From Selaginella moellendorffii (taxonomy: Eukaryota > Plantae > Lycopodiophyta), in contig NW_003314294.1 of assembly GCF_000143415.4 (NCBI RefSeq), forward strand, positions 429,402 through 493,401: a stretch of 64,000 nt of DNA, written 5' to 3'. Position numbers and translations under genes: made by a program. Below, one piece after another: positions 26,055 to 37,862 of this stretch (positions within the stretch are counted from its first letter, which is position 1; the number at the start of each line of letters is the position of its first letter). Under the pieces are notes generated by a model. It searched no databases, was not told the DNA's origin, and worked only from the letters and a program-made list of their open reading frames with translations.

Positions 26055-26281
26055 GTACGAGCCCTAATATTCCAGGGGATATACGCGCACATGATCGTAC
26101 TTTGGCCTTTCACGAGCGTACGGTACGTCTCGCGGGACTGTTTTCGTACAGGGAGAGTTCGTGAAGTTCATAATGAGACGCCACCACCGCATGGATCGTA
26201 TCGTCTCGACCAATTAGGGCTCCTGGCAGCTGGAGTGGGTGTTTCTAGATTCGGTATTTTTCATTCGTACCAAGTACGTAC
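26055..26281. promoter_or_regulatory. Cluster of 8 CGTAC (SBP-box/CuRE-type GTAC) motifs
   Basis: GTAC at 26055, 26097, 26118, 26123, 26146, 26267, 26274 and 26278, each reading CGTAC on one strand. Confidence 0.55.
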
Positions 26282-28253
26282 GACGGGAAAGAGAAGCCGC
26301 GAAGCTAGCACCAAAGCTTCTTCTGGGTTTTTGGACGATCTGCGAAATCTCTCACGAGAAGACCTGTATTTAATTGTAATTGCCCAACGTTGGGATTCCA
26401 AGGGTGACGACGGTGGAGACTTGTTCGTCTGCCCCGGTATTTATGGCCCCTGCGACTGCGGGGATACAAAGTCGCGATTTTCCTGCGACCATGTAGAAGA
26501 TTTCAGGAACAAGACAGGATATTCGCGGTAATCTTCTTCGTGGCCGGGAAGATGCCAAGTTCCCCATTTCCATCCATTGTGAGCAAACTCCATGAGTGTT
26601 CACGCTTCTCAATGCAAATGCCTGCCAGTACGCGGGCCGAGTACTTGACTCCGCTCAGGAATCAAGCGAGAGTCGTGCTCCAAGGTCCCTGTCCTCTCTC
26701 TCTCTCACAATCCATCTTTCTTTTACTCGTCTCCTTTCTTTCGCGAACAACAAAACGCTGCTTTGCATTGTTCGTCGGGCTTGCGCAGTGAGGCAGCAGC
26801 AGCAGCACCAGGGCTTATTTTTGCTCCCCCCCTCTCTCTCGAATTCCGGATTCGTGATTTCTGAGCGGCTCAAGGAAGGGATTCATTCGCCCACGCCCAC
26901 ACACGGGTGTGTGCATGACAGCCGGGGTAGCAAACAGCCTTGAAAAAAGCATCAGGGCATGGCTTCGAGCGTTACTGCACGTGGGCTTCTGCGTATAATC
27001 GCACCCGGCACAGCCCACAAGGCGAAACCATCGCGACCGTCGGATTCCCAGCAAATACCGCAGCACGGCAAATGCTGCTTGTTGAAGATTTGCGTGCAAC
27101 AAAGCGGATTCCGAGCACGGCAGACTGGGCGCGCCTGTGAGAGCAGGGCTTGCAAATCTAGTCCTTGTTTTGTAAGGTTTTGGATGGAGAAACAGTACTG
27201 GAGTTTGCATTTGCCAGGTTCAGGCATCTGTGGATGGATAAAGCGGTTTCTCTTTGTCTTTAGCGGCGGTGTCACGGATTTGTTCTTGCTTTTGTCAGAA
27301 AGAGGAATCAAAAATCGTTCAAACACTTGATTTGAAATCGCAGCGAGCGAGCGAGAGGAAAGATTGATGCTCGCGGAATTCTTCGCGATTGGTGTCCAAT
27401 CTCGTACCATAACTTTGGCGGTTGGGTTGCTGGGTGGCTGTGCAGGCTAAAAGTAAAAGCAGCCGCGTTTTCTCCCCCATTTTTCCTTGTCCTTTTTTCT
27501 CTCCATTCGATCGACTCCAAGCCGACAGCTTGTCGATCGATCGATCATAATCGACCCATTCGCCCTCCGTTGGGACTTAGATATCAATCTACCTCACCTC
27601 CACACTCTGGTCCTGGACGATTATGTCCTACACAAAGTAAGCCTTTCACTTTGACCACGTATAAAAATCAAATCTCAATCAAAAGCCAAAGAAAGGAACC
27701 CAAACAAGACAAAACAACCAAGGAATGAGCAAAACACCAACATGTGTTGGTATCAAGGTGATGCAGACGGAGCTTGTCGACGATTTCACGCGAAAGAAAG
27801 GCGCACAGCCCAAGTGATTAGTCCCCAAATCTTTGAGGTAATCGATCTCTATCAAGATGCCCAAGAAGGGCATTTGCTGTCACCATAAGCGTGCTTAGTC
27901 CCAAGGAATGCGGCCAGAGCGCAGGCGGTGACAGGGGGCAGGAGCAGACGTTAGAATCCCACCACTGCCATTTTTTGGACCAACGAGTACCGACAAGCTT
28001 CACGCTTGCTAATTAATCCGGTCACAAAGACGCCATTACTTAACAGTAATCAATGGCGACAATGAGGAAAACTTGGGCATTGTTTTTCTTCCCATCACTG
28101 TTTCTAGGATTCTTGGAGACGAACAGGAAGAGAGGTTCTTTTACTCACAACTTAGAGAGGTTTTTCTCCTTTTTTTTTTGCTAGAAAGATCACAAGCTAG
28201 AGTTGGAAATGGATCGTCTTGCAGCTTAGAAACTGTTCATGGGTTTCCACAGA

Positions 28254-28282
28254 TTCTTCTTCTTCTTCTTCTTCTTCTTCTT
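28254..28282. repeat. (TTC)n microsatellite
   Basis: Perfect TTC run. Confidence 0.95.
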
Positions 28283-29250
28283 GAGATGAATTCGTCCTCC
28301 TTGCACCCTCACGGATTCATGAACAGGAGCTAGAGTTTTGCTGGATCGATCCATCGAAGAGAGAGGGAGCTGAGCTTAGCGATGGTGGTGCTGTTTGCAG
28401 CAAATGGAGATGGATCCAGGAGGAGCTGCTCGTCCTCGCCCTGTGGATCATGATAGCGATGATCGATGATCGCAGTACGCTGCCTTGGGAAATGGAGATG
28501 GTGATTATAAGTCCATGGATAGAGGATGATAGATTTCCATAGCCTGGATAGTACCTATAGCGGTAACTTGTAGCAAGGGAGAACTGGAAGGGAGGAGAAG
28601 ATCATTCGCTCATAGCTAGACAGACATAAGTTCTTCTCTTTCTTTCTTTTTTTCTCTCTCTCTTTTTTTCCTCCTCCTCAGTAGCAGCAGTGAGTGTAGC
28701 AGCAGTGAGAGCGAGCAGCGCTTTGTCCAGGCCCAAATTCATCGCTGCGACCGTGGGGCATTCTTGTGTCATGCTGCGGTCACTTGGTACTCACTCACAG
28801 CATTGACATCGATCGATCGCGCGGATCACTTCACTTACTGCTACTTCGTTCTTGGTTCTTCTAAGTTCTTCTTCTCCTCTCTTCTTTCTCGCTATAAGAA
28901 CTTCTCCTCCTTCATCCAGTCCATGGCCGGCGCTCGTCCTTCTCTTTCTCTCTTGGGCATCGTCCCACCAGTGGAAGCTTCCAAGATCTTCCACGAGGAG
29001 CTTAGTTTGAACAGTGGTATATAGTAGCATAGAGAATTTTATAAACTTTGGCGCAGCCAGGAGGAGAAGAGAGCGAGAGAAAGAATCGCTGGATGATCCG
29101 GCCGGGATGATCAAGAATTCTGGGTGGTAAGCAAAACAAAGGAGAGATCTTTGGGTGGTTCTTTCTCTTGGGTTTCATCGACCATCACCATCATCGAGAG
29201 AGAGAGTGAGAGATAGACATATCGATCGAGGAGTGAGGGAAAGAAAGAGG

Positions 29251-30438
29251 ATGAATCCGTCCAGGTTTCCAGCGGCATTTCCATTCCAGCAGATGCTCGA
29301 GCTCCACCACCAGCACCAGCAACAGCAGCAGCAGCAGCAGCAAGAAATTCCTCCACACCAGCACTCCGAGGACGAAGATAACAGCAGCAGTGGGAACAAG
29401 GAGCTAGAACATCCACACCACCACCACCTCCACCACCAGATTCACCACCACCACCAGCAACAGCAGCAGCAGCAGCAGCAGCCTCAGCACCAGCAAAGCC
29501 CGCAAGCCCAGAAATCTCCCGGCGGAGGTGGCGGAGGTGGCGGCGGTGGCGGTGCTGGATCCGGCGGCGAGGTGGTCGCCCCCGTCCGCAAGCCGCGAGG
29601 CCGCCCGCCGGGATCCAAGAACAAGCCCAAGCCGCCCATCATCATCACGCGCGACACGGGCTCCGGGATGCGCCCCCACGTCCTGGAGATCGCGCCCAAC
29701 ACCGACATCGTGGACGCCATCGCCACCTTCGCCCGCAAGCGCCAGCGCGCGCTGTGCGTCCTCTCGGCGCGTGGCACCGTCTCAAACCTAACGCTCCTCC
29801 GCCACTCCCCCGCCTCCTCCGCCGCCTCCGCGCCGCCCTCCTCGCCGCCATCCTCCTCCGCCGCATCCACCGGCGCCACTCCCTCCTCCTCCCGCGCCGC
29901 CGCCGCCGCCGCCACCTCCACGGTCTCCTTCCAAGGCCGCTTCGAGCTCATCTCCCTCTCCGGGGCATTCCTCCAGCAGCAAATGCCCAGCGCGGGCATC
30001 TTGGGGGCATATTCCGGGCTAGCGGTGTCCGTGGCCGGGGGACCGCAAGGACAGGTCCTCGGTGGAAATGTGGCCGGTCCTCTGGTGTCGGCCTCTCCAG
30101 TGATGGTCATCGCCGCCTCCTTCGTCGGCCCAGCGTTCGATCGCCTGCCACTGGACGATCAAGATGGCGAGATTCCGGAAGAACAGCCAGCCGCGGGGGC
30201 GGGGGCGGCGGCAAATCCCAGTCCCAATTCCACTTCCGGCCAGTTGGGTCTGCCGCAGCACGGGAATTCGTCGCCCCCATCGATCCCGATCCACCAGCTG
30301 ATGAACGATCCATTTGGGCTGGCGGCGGCGGCGGCGGCGGCGCACCACCACCACCACCACCACCAGATCCCGCCGCCGGAATTGCTGGCTTCTTGGGCGG
30401 CCGCCGCTGCCGCTGGAGCTACCAGGCCGCCAATGTGA
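29251..30438 (+). CDS. AT-hook motif nuclear-localized protein (AHL, clade A; AT-hook + PPC/DUF296), intronless
   Basis: RKPRGRPPGSKNKPKPPIIITRD AT-hook; PPC motifs HVLEI, FARKRQRALCVLS, GRFELISLSGAFL and QGQVLGGNVAGPL; Q/H/G/A homopolymer tracts. Confidence 0.96.
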   Translation: MNPSRFPAAFPFQQMLELHHQHQQQQQQQQQEIPPHQHSEDEDNSSSGNKELEHPHHHHLHHQIHHHHQQQQQQQQQPQHQQSPQAQKSPGGGGGGGGGGGAGSGGEVVAPVRKPRGRPPGSKNKPKPPIIITRDTGSGMRPHVLEIAPNTDIVDAIATFARKRQRALCVLSARGTVSNLTLLRHSPASSAASAPPSSPPSSSAASTGATPSSSRAAAAAATSTVSFQGRFELISLSGAFLQQQMPSAGILGAYSGLAVSVAGGPQGQVLGGNVAGPLVSASPVMVIAASFVGPAFDRLPLDDQDGEIPEEQPAAGAGAAANPSPNSTSGQLGLPQHGNSSPPSIPIHQLMNDPFGLAAAAAAAHHHHHHHQIPPPELLASWAAAAAAGATRPPM

Positions 30439-32544
30439 TCGCGATCGCCGCCAAGAGGTTCTTCTCTCTTCTCTCTCTCTCTTTTGCTACTTGGAAAGAA
30501 CAGTGTTCTTGGTGGATTGGATGGAGAATTGGCCTCTCTCTTGTTCCTCGTCGTGGAGGTGAGATTTTTCTTTCGTGGGATGGGATGATCGTCGTCAGCA
30601 TTTCGATTGCATCGAATTTTTTTTTGGGGTTTGGTCGCGGTGATTTCTCCACCGCCAATGCTCATACGATTTCTGTCATATAGAGGAGAAACAAACATAT
30701 ATGGAGCTCTGGCAATTCATTTATGTATCATGCGCAATGGTTCGTGTTCACGATCATCAAAAGAAGCTTTTTTTTTTTGTGTTGATTTCAAAGTTTTTCC
30801 TTCTGCTGTAGATTCATGGAGTGAGCGGCGGCAACGCTGGAACAAAACGTAAGTAAGCAGGAATCCTGGCCGACAAACTAAGAAAACTCACTGTTTTGTT
30901 TGCATTGGAGTTTGCGATGGCACGTTTCCACGACCCGAGTGTGTTTAGTTCGTGTCTCTTCCAGTCCTGCCCAACAAACACAAACAGCAAGCGTGCGTGA
31001 TTAAATCGAAGAAGCAGCCACGCTTTGCTTTGACTGATCTGATCGATGAAACTAAGTAATAATAAACTCACCTAGGTAGTCACCGGCGGACAAGCTATAC
31101 GTTTTTGCTATACTGATCCGGTGCTCGCGAGCGGGTCCTTGAGTCCGTATATAAAAGCCCGAGCCATTGATTCAACCATCTCTTTCTCACTGCGCGAAAG
31201 AAAAGCCCACCAGGAAAGAATCAATCATGCATACACATTAAGGCACTCACAGGCTGCTGCTGAATCTCCCTGGTGCTGCTGCTACTGCGGCTGCCAATCT
31301 CTCCACTTCGTGGCCGGCTACATAGCCTTCCAAGAAGAGGAGGCTGGGGTCAAGGCAAAGACCCGGTCCACTTACAGCCAAGGTCTCTCTCCATTCCTTC
31401 ATTGATAGACTGCTTCTCTGGCCACCTTCCTGCGAGCACCTGCTAGAGCTGCTATCTGTGAGGAACCTGCCAAAATGTCACCAAAGGAATCAGATCAGGC
31501 AAGGCAAAGGAGTGTTTCCTCTCCTCACTCTTCCAGGCTAGAAAAGGAGGGAACAGAAAGAGCGAACAAGGATTTTTACCATTTCTCGCTGTCCCGCCTC
31601 GGTCCTTGCCTTGCGCTCCGCTGCTCCGCTGCCTGTAATTACAAACTGCGTCCATTTGTCAACAACGTAGTAATCATCACTCACCACCCTGCTGACGGTG
31701 GAAGAAAAAAAAAATGCTTATTTTTCTCCTTCCTTTCCTTTCGATATGAAGCAGTCACACGTTCTCATGATGTTGAGAAGCGACACCCGGCTTTGTCCAT
31801 ATTCATGGCCTGCCTCCAGCTTTATCTGCTTCGCAAAAGTAAAGATCAGATCCAGAAAAGCCTGGATATTCGAATACAAACGAAGTATGAAAGTCTTACC
31901 TCTCTATCCGGCTCATAGTCGTCCGTGGAATGATAGGCTGCTGATTCTGATGAGAGATTCATAACCTCGGAACAACACGTAACAGACGCCATTACTACAC
32001 AGCGGTTTGCAAGTAAAGTCAGTGATTGCGTTCATCACACCATGCCATTAAGCATAAACCGCGACGCCAGATCGAGGGGCCCCGAGGCGTTCCGACGACA
32101 TTTTTCTCACCAATGAGTACTTCCCTGGAGGAGCAAGAGAACTCCAAGGTGGCATACGCAGTCCATTGAATACTCGCACACTCTTGAGAGCTAACGGACT
32201 CACGATCCAGCACAGGAGGATTGTGTGTACGTTCACATCACTCCCCACAAGCACTTTGCGGACAAGCTGCAGATGAAACACGGGAACGAGTCAGCAGTGG
32301 CAGCGAAAAAAAAGGACTCGCACCTCAAAACTTTGAACCACGTTTTCTCAAAGGTGTAGCACGTGTGCTGACGCTCCTCGTCCCCCCGGTTTAAGCACTA
32401 AATCAAATCTCGTCCGTTAGCTTTCTGGAGAAACGCACACGCACAGCCTCGGCTTACCTAGGCTGACATGCGTACTCGAGCGCCTCCCAACTCTCGTGTT
32501 CATCCCTACACGTAGCTCGAACCTATAGATCTCTATACCTCTTA

Positions 32545-34024
32545 TCAGCCCGAACGATGAATGAAAGTCCCCGTATCATTCCAAGGGCGCTCGGAGTAAG
32601 ACTTCCCAATGATACTGCGCGCGGTGTTGACAGTACCGTCCTCGCACCTGTACTCTGGGAAGTACTCCGTGAAGGAACTGGTGCCGAGGTCATGCAGTCC
32701 ATTGAACAGAAACTCGTGGATGTAATGCTGCATGAAACGAAGGTTATTTGGCCCAGCGAAACAATTCACAGTACCTCGCATCGATCCTCTCCTAGAAGCC
32801 TTCTCAAGACAGGCCGTCCAGGATCCTGTAAAACAGGTGTTGGTCGATACGAATCTCCGAAAAGCTCCATACCTTCGAAGCACGCCATGTCAAGTAACGG
32901 TGGTGAGCCACTTTGTTCCTACAAATCGCATCGATATCGGTCTCACTTGTGGCAGCACCTATAATCCTTGTCCACGCCTGCGAGTCGGATCCAGTTCAAC
33001 ACCCAAACCATTGGCAATTCTATGATGCTTTACCATGATATAATCTTGAAACGCCAGATAGATAGCTTCGTCAACTTCCTTGTTGCTTTCGGGCTTTGAC
33101 CACAAAACGATCGGCGAAAAGAACTGCAACGATTCCCCAGTAAGTTTCTCACCCCATGGAAGCAGCTGCAGCCAGGTGCTACACGTTAAAGCATTGACAA
33201 AATCTTAGAAGCTTGTGAAATCACCTTGCTATGCTTTTTAACTAACGGCAGGAGCTCACTGTAGTACTTGTCCTTGTAAGCTTTGTCGGCTTCGACGTTA
33301 TACAGCGGATTTAAATCCCTATAGAAGCAGAGGGAAAAGCCTAGAATGAAAATGGAATGAAAACACAATCGCGAAACATAGAGAACCTAAAGAGGAAAAA
33401 GAAAGAACCTCCAAACCACAAGAACTTACAAGACGAAAATGCTCCTAGACGACGAAGTGAAGAAATCCGCGCAGAAGATAGGCAGATCGAAGCAAGGCCT
33501 TGGAAAAATGGCCATGTTAAACACCTGCAAAGAACCAAGTTGATCACAAGCTATGTCTTCCTTGTTCTTCTTACCTGCATTGCCTCTCCACCATCAATAA
33601 CAGCCGAGCGAAGCATCCGGATTTTTTTCGACTGGTAAGCATGGCTCTTGATGACAGTTCTTCGATCTTCCGCGAGAATTTCCCCTACATGATTCTGGAA
33701 AAAAAAGAAGAGAGAAATCCGAATGCTACTCCAAACTTTTCCACCATACCTTGACAATCTCATCCGGCTCCACGAGCTGCTCGAACCGAGAGACGCTATC
33801 CACCGCGAAATCCACGAACTTGTCATACAAAGCGGCAGCTCTTAGAAGAACAAGCCGCTGCCGCTGCCGAAGGACCTGGAATGATCGATTTCTACTCATC
33901 GATTCTCCGAAGCAAATCCCATCTCTACCTTCAATCTCGCCGCGGCAAGGAAGATCCTTCGATCCGGAGGAAATGTAGCTCCCGGCTGGAAGAAGGCGGC
34001 AACGTCCGTCGCGCGATGCTCCAT
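32545..34024 (-). CDS. HY2: Phytochromobilin synthase-type ferredoxin-dependent bilin reductase (HY2), multi-exon
   Basis: KIRMLRS, DLPIFCADFF, DLNPL..YKDKYY, PWGEKLTGESLQFFSP, HRYLTWRASKDPG and the HY2-type tail FLFNG..YFPEY..GTV..RSIIGKSY..RPW. Confidence 0.93.
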
Positions 34025-34100
34025 AGCAACAAAACCCTAAACCTCTCGTTGTGGTAGAGCCCTAAAAAAGTAGAGTGGAAACGGAGGGGAGGAAGCGGCT

Positions 34101-34461
34101 ATGGCGACGGCAGCTCGTTCCATCGCTTCAAAGCTCACGCGCCCGGCATCCTCGCCTCACCAGATCGTCCCACGCCGGATGATGTCCGCGGGAGGTATGG
34201 GCAAAATCTTTGAGAACATCTAGAGCGAGCGATTTGTTCGCTTTTCCAGGGCACGACGATGTGCACAGAGTGAATTGGTACCAGGCGCCGCTCAGCCCCA
34301 TGTCTTGGAAGGAGCACCAAGTAAGAAATCGTGATTTCCCCTTTCCATCGGTCGATCGAGCCATTTCTTTTCTTTCCTCTTCTTAGATTGTGATTGGAGT
34401 GATCTTTGGATGGGGAGTTGTGGGCTACAGTGGATACAAGTTTTTCACCAGGAAGAAGTAA
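34101..34461 (+). CDS. Small mitochondrial single-TM protein, probably a plant COX7c/COX-X3-like cytochrome c oxidase subunit, 3 exons
   Basis: Presequence-like MATAARSIASKLTR.., then VNWYQAPLSPMSWKEHQ/IVIGVIFGWGVVGYSGYKFFT, resembling the conserved plant W..P.SP..WKEEH..GW...GYKFFT family. The family name is from memory. Confidence 0.65.
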
Positions 34462-34785
34462 GCTTTGTGGAGGTGGAGTTTGGAGTTTCTTTTTTTCTTT
34501 GTTCCATCTCTTGGAGAATAACGAGTAGACATGAAACTCTGGAGAACGATTTCCACGAAGAACTCCCAAGAGCGTTTTCGTTTAGCCAGTGTTGCACTGC
34601 CATTCTCGGCTATCGATTTCTTTGAGCAGTGCTTTTTCCAGCTCGAGCTCATGAATGATCTCGTCATATATCTTGTCTTCTTTATCACCTGAGTGAGCAT
34701 CACAAAGAGCTCAGCGGATAGAAATCATACCGACGATTACTCCCACAGATTTTATATACTTTTGGTTGATGAGAACTTGAGAGGA

Positions 34786-36783
34786 TCAATCACCTGCTGG
34801 AGTTTGGATCGTCACAATAAACCCCTTTTGCCTTAGCTCGATCTCAGCAGCGTCTCGGTTGTAAGTCTCAACTTCGAAACTCAGCGGCTCGGGTGGCGCA
34901 TCTCCCTGTATAACCAAGAACGTTTAGCAAGCTTCCCAAAACGAAACGAAAAGTGTAAGAACCTGTTCGTATCGATCATAAGGAAGCACTGTTGGATCCA
35001 AACGCCATCCAGAAACTCCTTGTTTGTACACATAGCACCTAGAAAGAGCATGACAAGCTACTTCTTTTTCTATTCCTCTATTGATTTTACCTTGTTATGC
35101 CAGCATCCGAGCACAACTGGGCCACCCACATTGCTCGCTTCGACGTCCTGCCTAAGCACAAGAATGACAAATGATGAGGAAAAAGAGTTGTAAAGCTAAA
35201 GTGGAGACTCACTGTATAGAATCACCACGTCGTTCTCCTCAATCTTTGGAAAATGATGATTGTTCTCCCAATCGCTCGCACTCATAGCCAAGCCTTTAGG
35301 CCATTCTTCCACTGCAAGTTCCAGCTGTTTAGAAGATTACAGTGAGTACGAATTTGGTACCTGGAATGTGTAAAGAGCCAGGAATGTGGCCGTAGAGGGA
35401 CCTCTCGTCATATCTGCGAACGTCTATCAACAGAGGCCGGATGCCTGGCTGTTGCTCTTTTGCGTTAAATCCCGCCTCCTGCAGTACGAATGCAACAGCA
35501 TCCCTGGATCACCTACACAGATGAGGTCTTGCATGACTCACCAAGCGGCAAGAAAGCATCCAAACCTTCCCAGAAAATTGATGTAGGAACTTCCGGCATC
35601 GGACATGTACGCCTGGATTCCTCCAGAAAGAACACAGCATCTATAAATGCCGACGAGTAAGTCGTGACACAAAGAATAACGTTTGTCTCTCACCCGTTAA
35701 AGCCAAGCTCAGCAGCAACAGTAGCAGCCCGTTGTGCTCGCTGTCCTCTCGTCGAAACAAAAACCAGAATAGCGGTTCTCGTCGGTTGCTTAGCTGCTGG
35801 AAACCGGCTATCCCATACGCTTTCTACGAGTTGTAAGCAGGCTCTCACTTCACTTTCTGCATTGCTAGAACGTCAATTTCAGATGTAAAAGCCCGAAAAA
35901 CAACACCGACAGAAGCCAACAGTGAAACAAGGGACAAGAAACATCACGAGCAATAAAGAAAAGGAACACAAACAAAGAAAGTAAGAACAAAACAACCAAA
36001 CGTAAGAAACACAAAGAAAGAAAGAACAAGCAAGCAAAACAAACAGTGGAAAACAAACAAGAACAAAAGGTGGAAAGAAGTACCTGGAATGTTGATCACG
36101 TACTCGAGCGAGAAGGCGCTAGCACGAACAGCATCCGGATGCCTCACGTCGATGAGCAAGAAGGGCACGCTATCCAGCTCCGCGAGCTTCCTCACCGCCT
36201 TGGGACTTAGCATCGAGTAGAGCGGAGAATCCACAGGTCTGAACGGAAGGCTATTGATCCTCGCCTCGCTCACCCCTTGTCCATCTCTAAGCATCTGTCG
36301 CCGCCGAGCCAAGACCCTGCGAAGCTGCCTCACGCTCCACGCAACCACGGCGATCTGGAGCAAGAACGTGATGGAGCCGCCCACGTAGTGGATCAAAAGC
36401 CGTCCCCGTTCCTCGCCATTCTCGCCATTCTCCCCATTCTCCCCATTCTGGGAAGGCGATGGAGCTAGAGCTGCTGGAACCCCAGCGATTCCAGATATTT
36501 CGGGGATTCTTGGCTCGATTGGCGCTGGCTCCGCCCCAAGATTGCCGAAATCCAGGCTGAGCGTGCTGTCCATAAGCTCTGAGGGCATCGTCGGTCGATC
36601 CCAGCGCTCGCCATAGCTGCCGCTGCCTCCGCCATCACCGCCGCTGCCTAATCCTACTCCTGCTACCGAGAATGACAGACCTTGCCGTGGATTCGAGGAT
36701 GGCGATGGCGGCTGTGACGATGGGAGCGCCGCCGCAAGCTTCTCCAGGTCGGCAACCATGTCCTCCATTGGCGACGAAGCCAT
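34786..36783 (-). CDS. Membrane-anchored protein with two tandem rhodanese-like domains, multi-exon
   Basis: TM helix, then LLIDVRH..INIP..ILVFVSTRGQRAQRAA..LGF..LSGGIQAY and LLIDVRRYDE..GHIPGSLHIP..VILYSRTSKRA..YKQGVSGW; consistent GT-AG introns. Confidence 0.85.
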
Positions 36784-37577
36784 AGCTGGGACGAGCCCTA
36801 AAGTAATAAAAGAAGGGAAAAATGCCAAACCCAAAATGTTTGGATTAGACCAAATAGAATATGCTTCCAATTTAAAAGCTCTTATACCACCTCCAAGGAG
36901 TGTAAACCTTTCCCTGGACATAACAAACCATCTATTAAGTTTGAGTCTTGAGTAGCAATGTACTCTCGAAACTATCCTCCAGACAGTAGCAACTGGAGGG
37001 TTCTCAATCTCAGTGGCAAACTGATCCAAACGGTATTGAGCTCGAAATGCTAGCCCTGGGAATCTCTCATCGTAGGGTGTATACACTCCTTGGAGGTGGT
37101 TCCCAGATTCTTGGATCGCGTCCCATGGCCAAAGTAAACAACGCAGTGCCTTTGGGAATGTGATAGCCGCGGATCTTGCAAGATTCGTCAGAGCTGCGAG
37201 GGATGAGGAGTGGACCTGGGGGGCAAATTCTCAGAGTTTCTGTACCTTCGGGGCATTGGTGAGGAGAGCTAGTATGATAAGTGTAGTTCGCGGTGGCTTG
37301 TAGTTGTGATCACAACCCCAGAGTTTTAGAGAAATCCCAGAAGAACTCAACCTTGCCGAAGATCCACTTTTCTGCCAAACGCTTGTGCTCATGCTCACGG
37401 ACGAAGACATCATCCAGATTCCAAGGTAAGCTTTCAAGCTTTCGAGGCCTGGGCTCACGAGTCAGAGCAATCAATAGCCTACCTTCCAGGCCTGTGAGTT
37501 AGCGGTCTTAGGCTCTTGACCAAGTTTAGAGCTCTCCGTCCTTTAGAAATGCCGGGGTTGGGGACATCGCATTGGAT

Positions 37578-37773
37578 CCTTGTTATGCCAGTATCCGAGC
37601 ACAACTGGGCCACCCTCATTGCATGCCTTCAAACAAGAATGAAATGTGAATCTCAAAGAAGAAACTTAAAAGAGTTATACAAGCTGAAGTGGAGACTTAC
37701 TGAATGGAATCACCTAATCGCTCGCACTCATAACCAAGACTTCCAAAGTTAGAGAAGTAGAAATTTGGTACCT
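37578..37773 (-). pseudogene. Collapsed partial duplicate of rhodanese-gene exons/introns (35090-35362)
   Basis: CCTTGTTATGCCAG.ATCCGAGCACAACTGGGCCACC, GTGGAGACT and AATCGCTCGCACTCATA.CCAAG shared in the same order. Confidence 0.8.
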
Positions 37774-37862
37774 ATGGAAAAGCCTTAGAAATCATTACTG
37801 AGTGAAAGGCGTGATCGATGCTCGTCTTAAATCCTCGATGCTGGTATGTTGACCAACGTTGA

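Noticed and set aside
29111-30698. Many long overlapping ORFs on both strands around the AHL gene
   Set aside because: Shadows of a GC-rich, triplet-repeat-rich CDS
31145-31620. TATA box followed by partial inverted repeats (possible MIRNA or peptide gene)
   Set aside because: Stems are short and branched, there is no ATG-led credible ORF, and no known miRNA match
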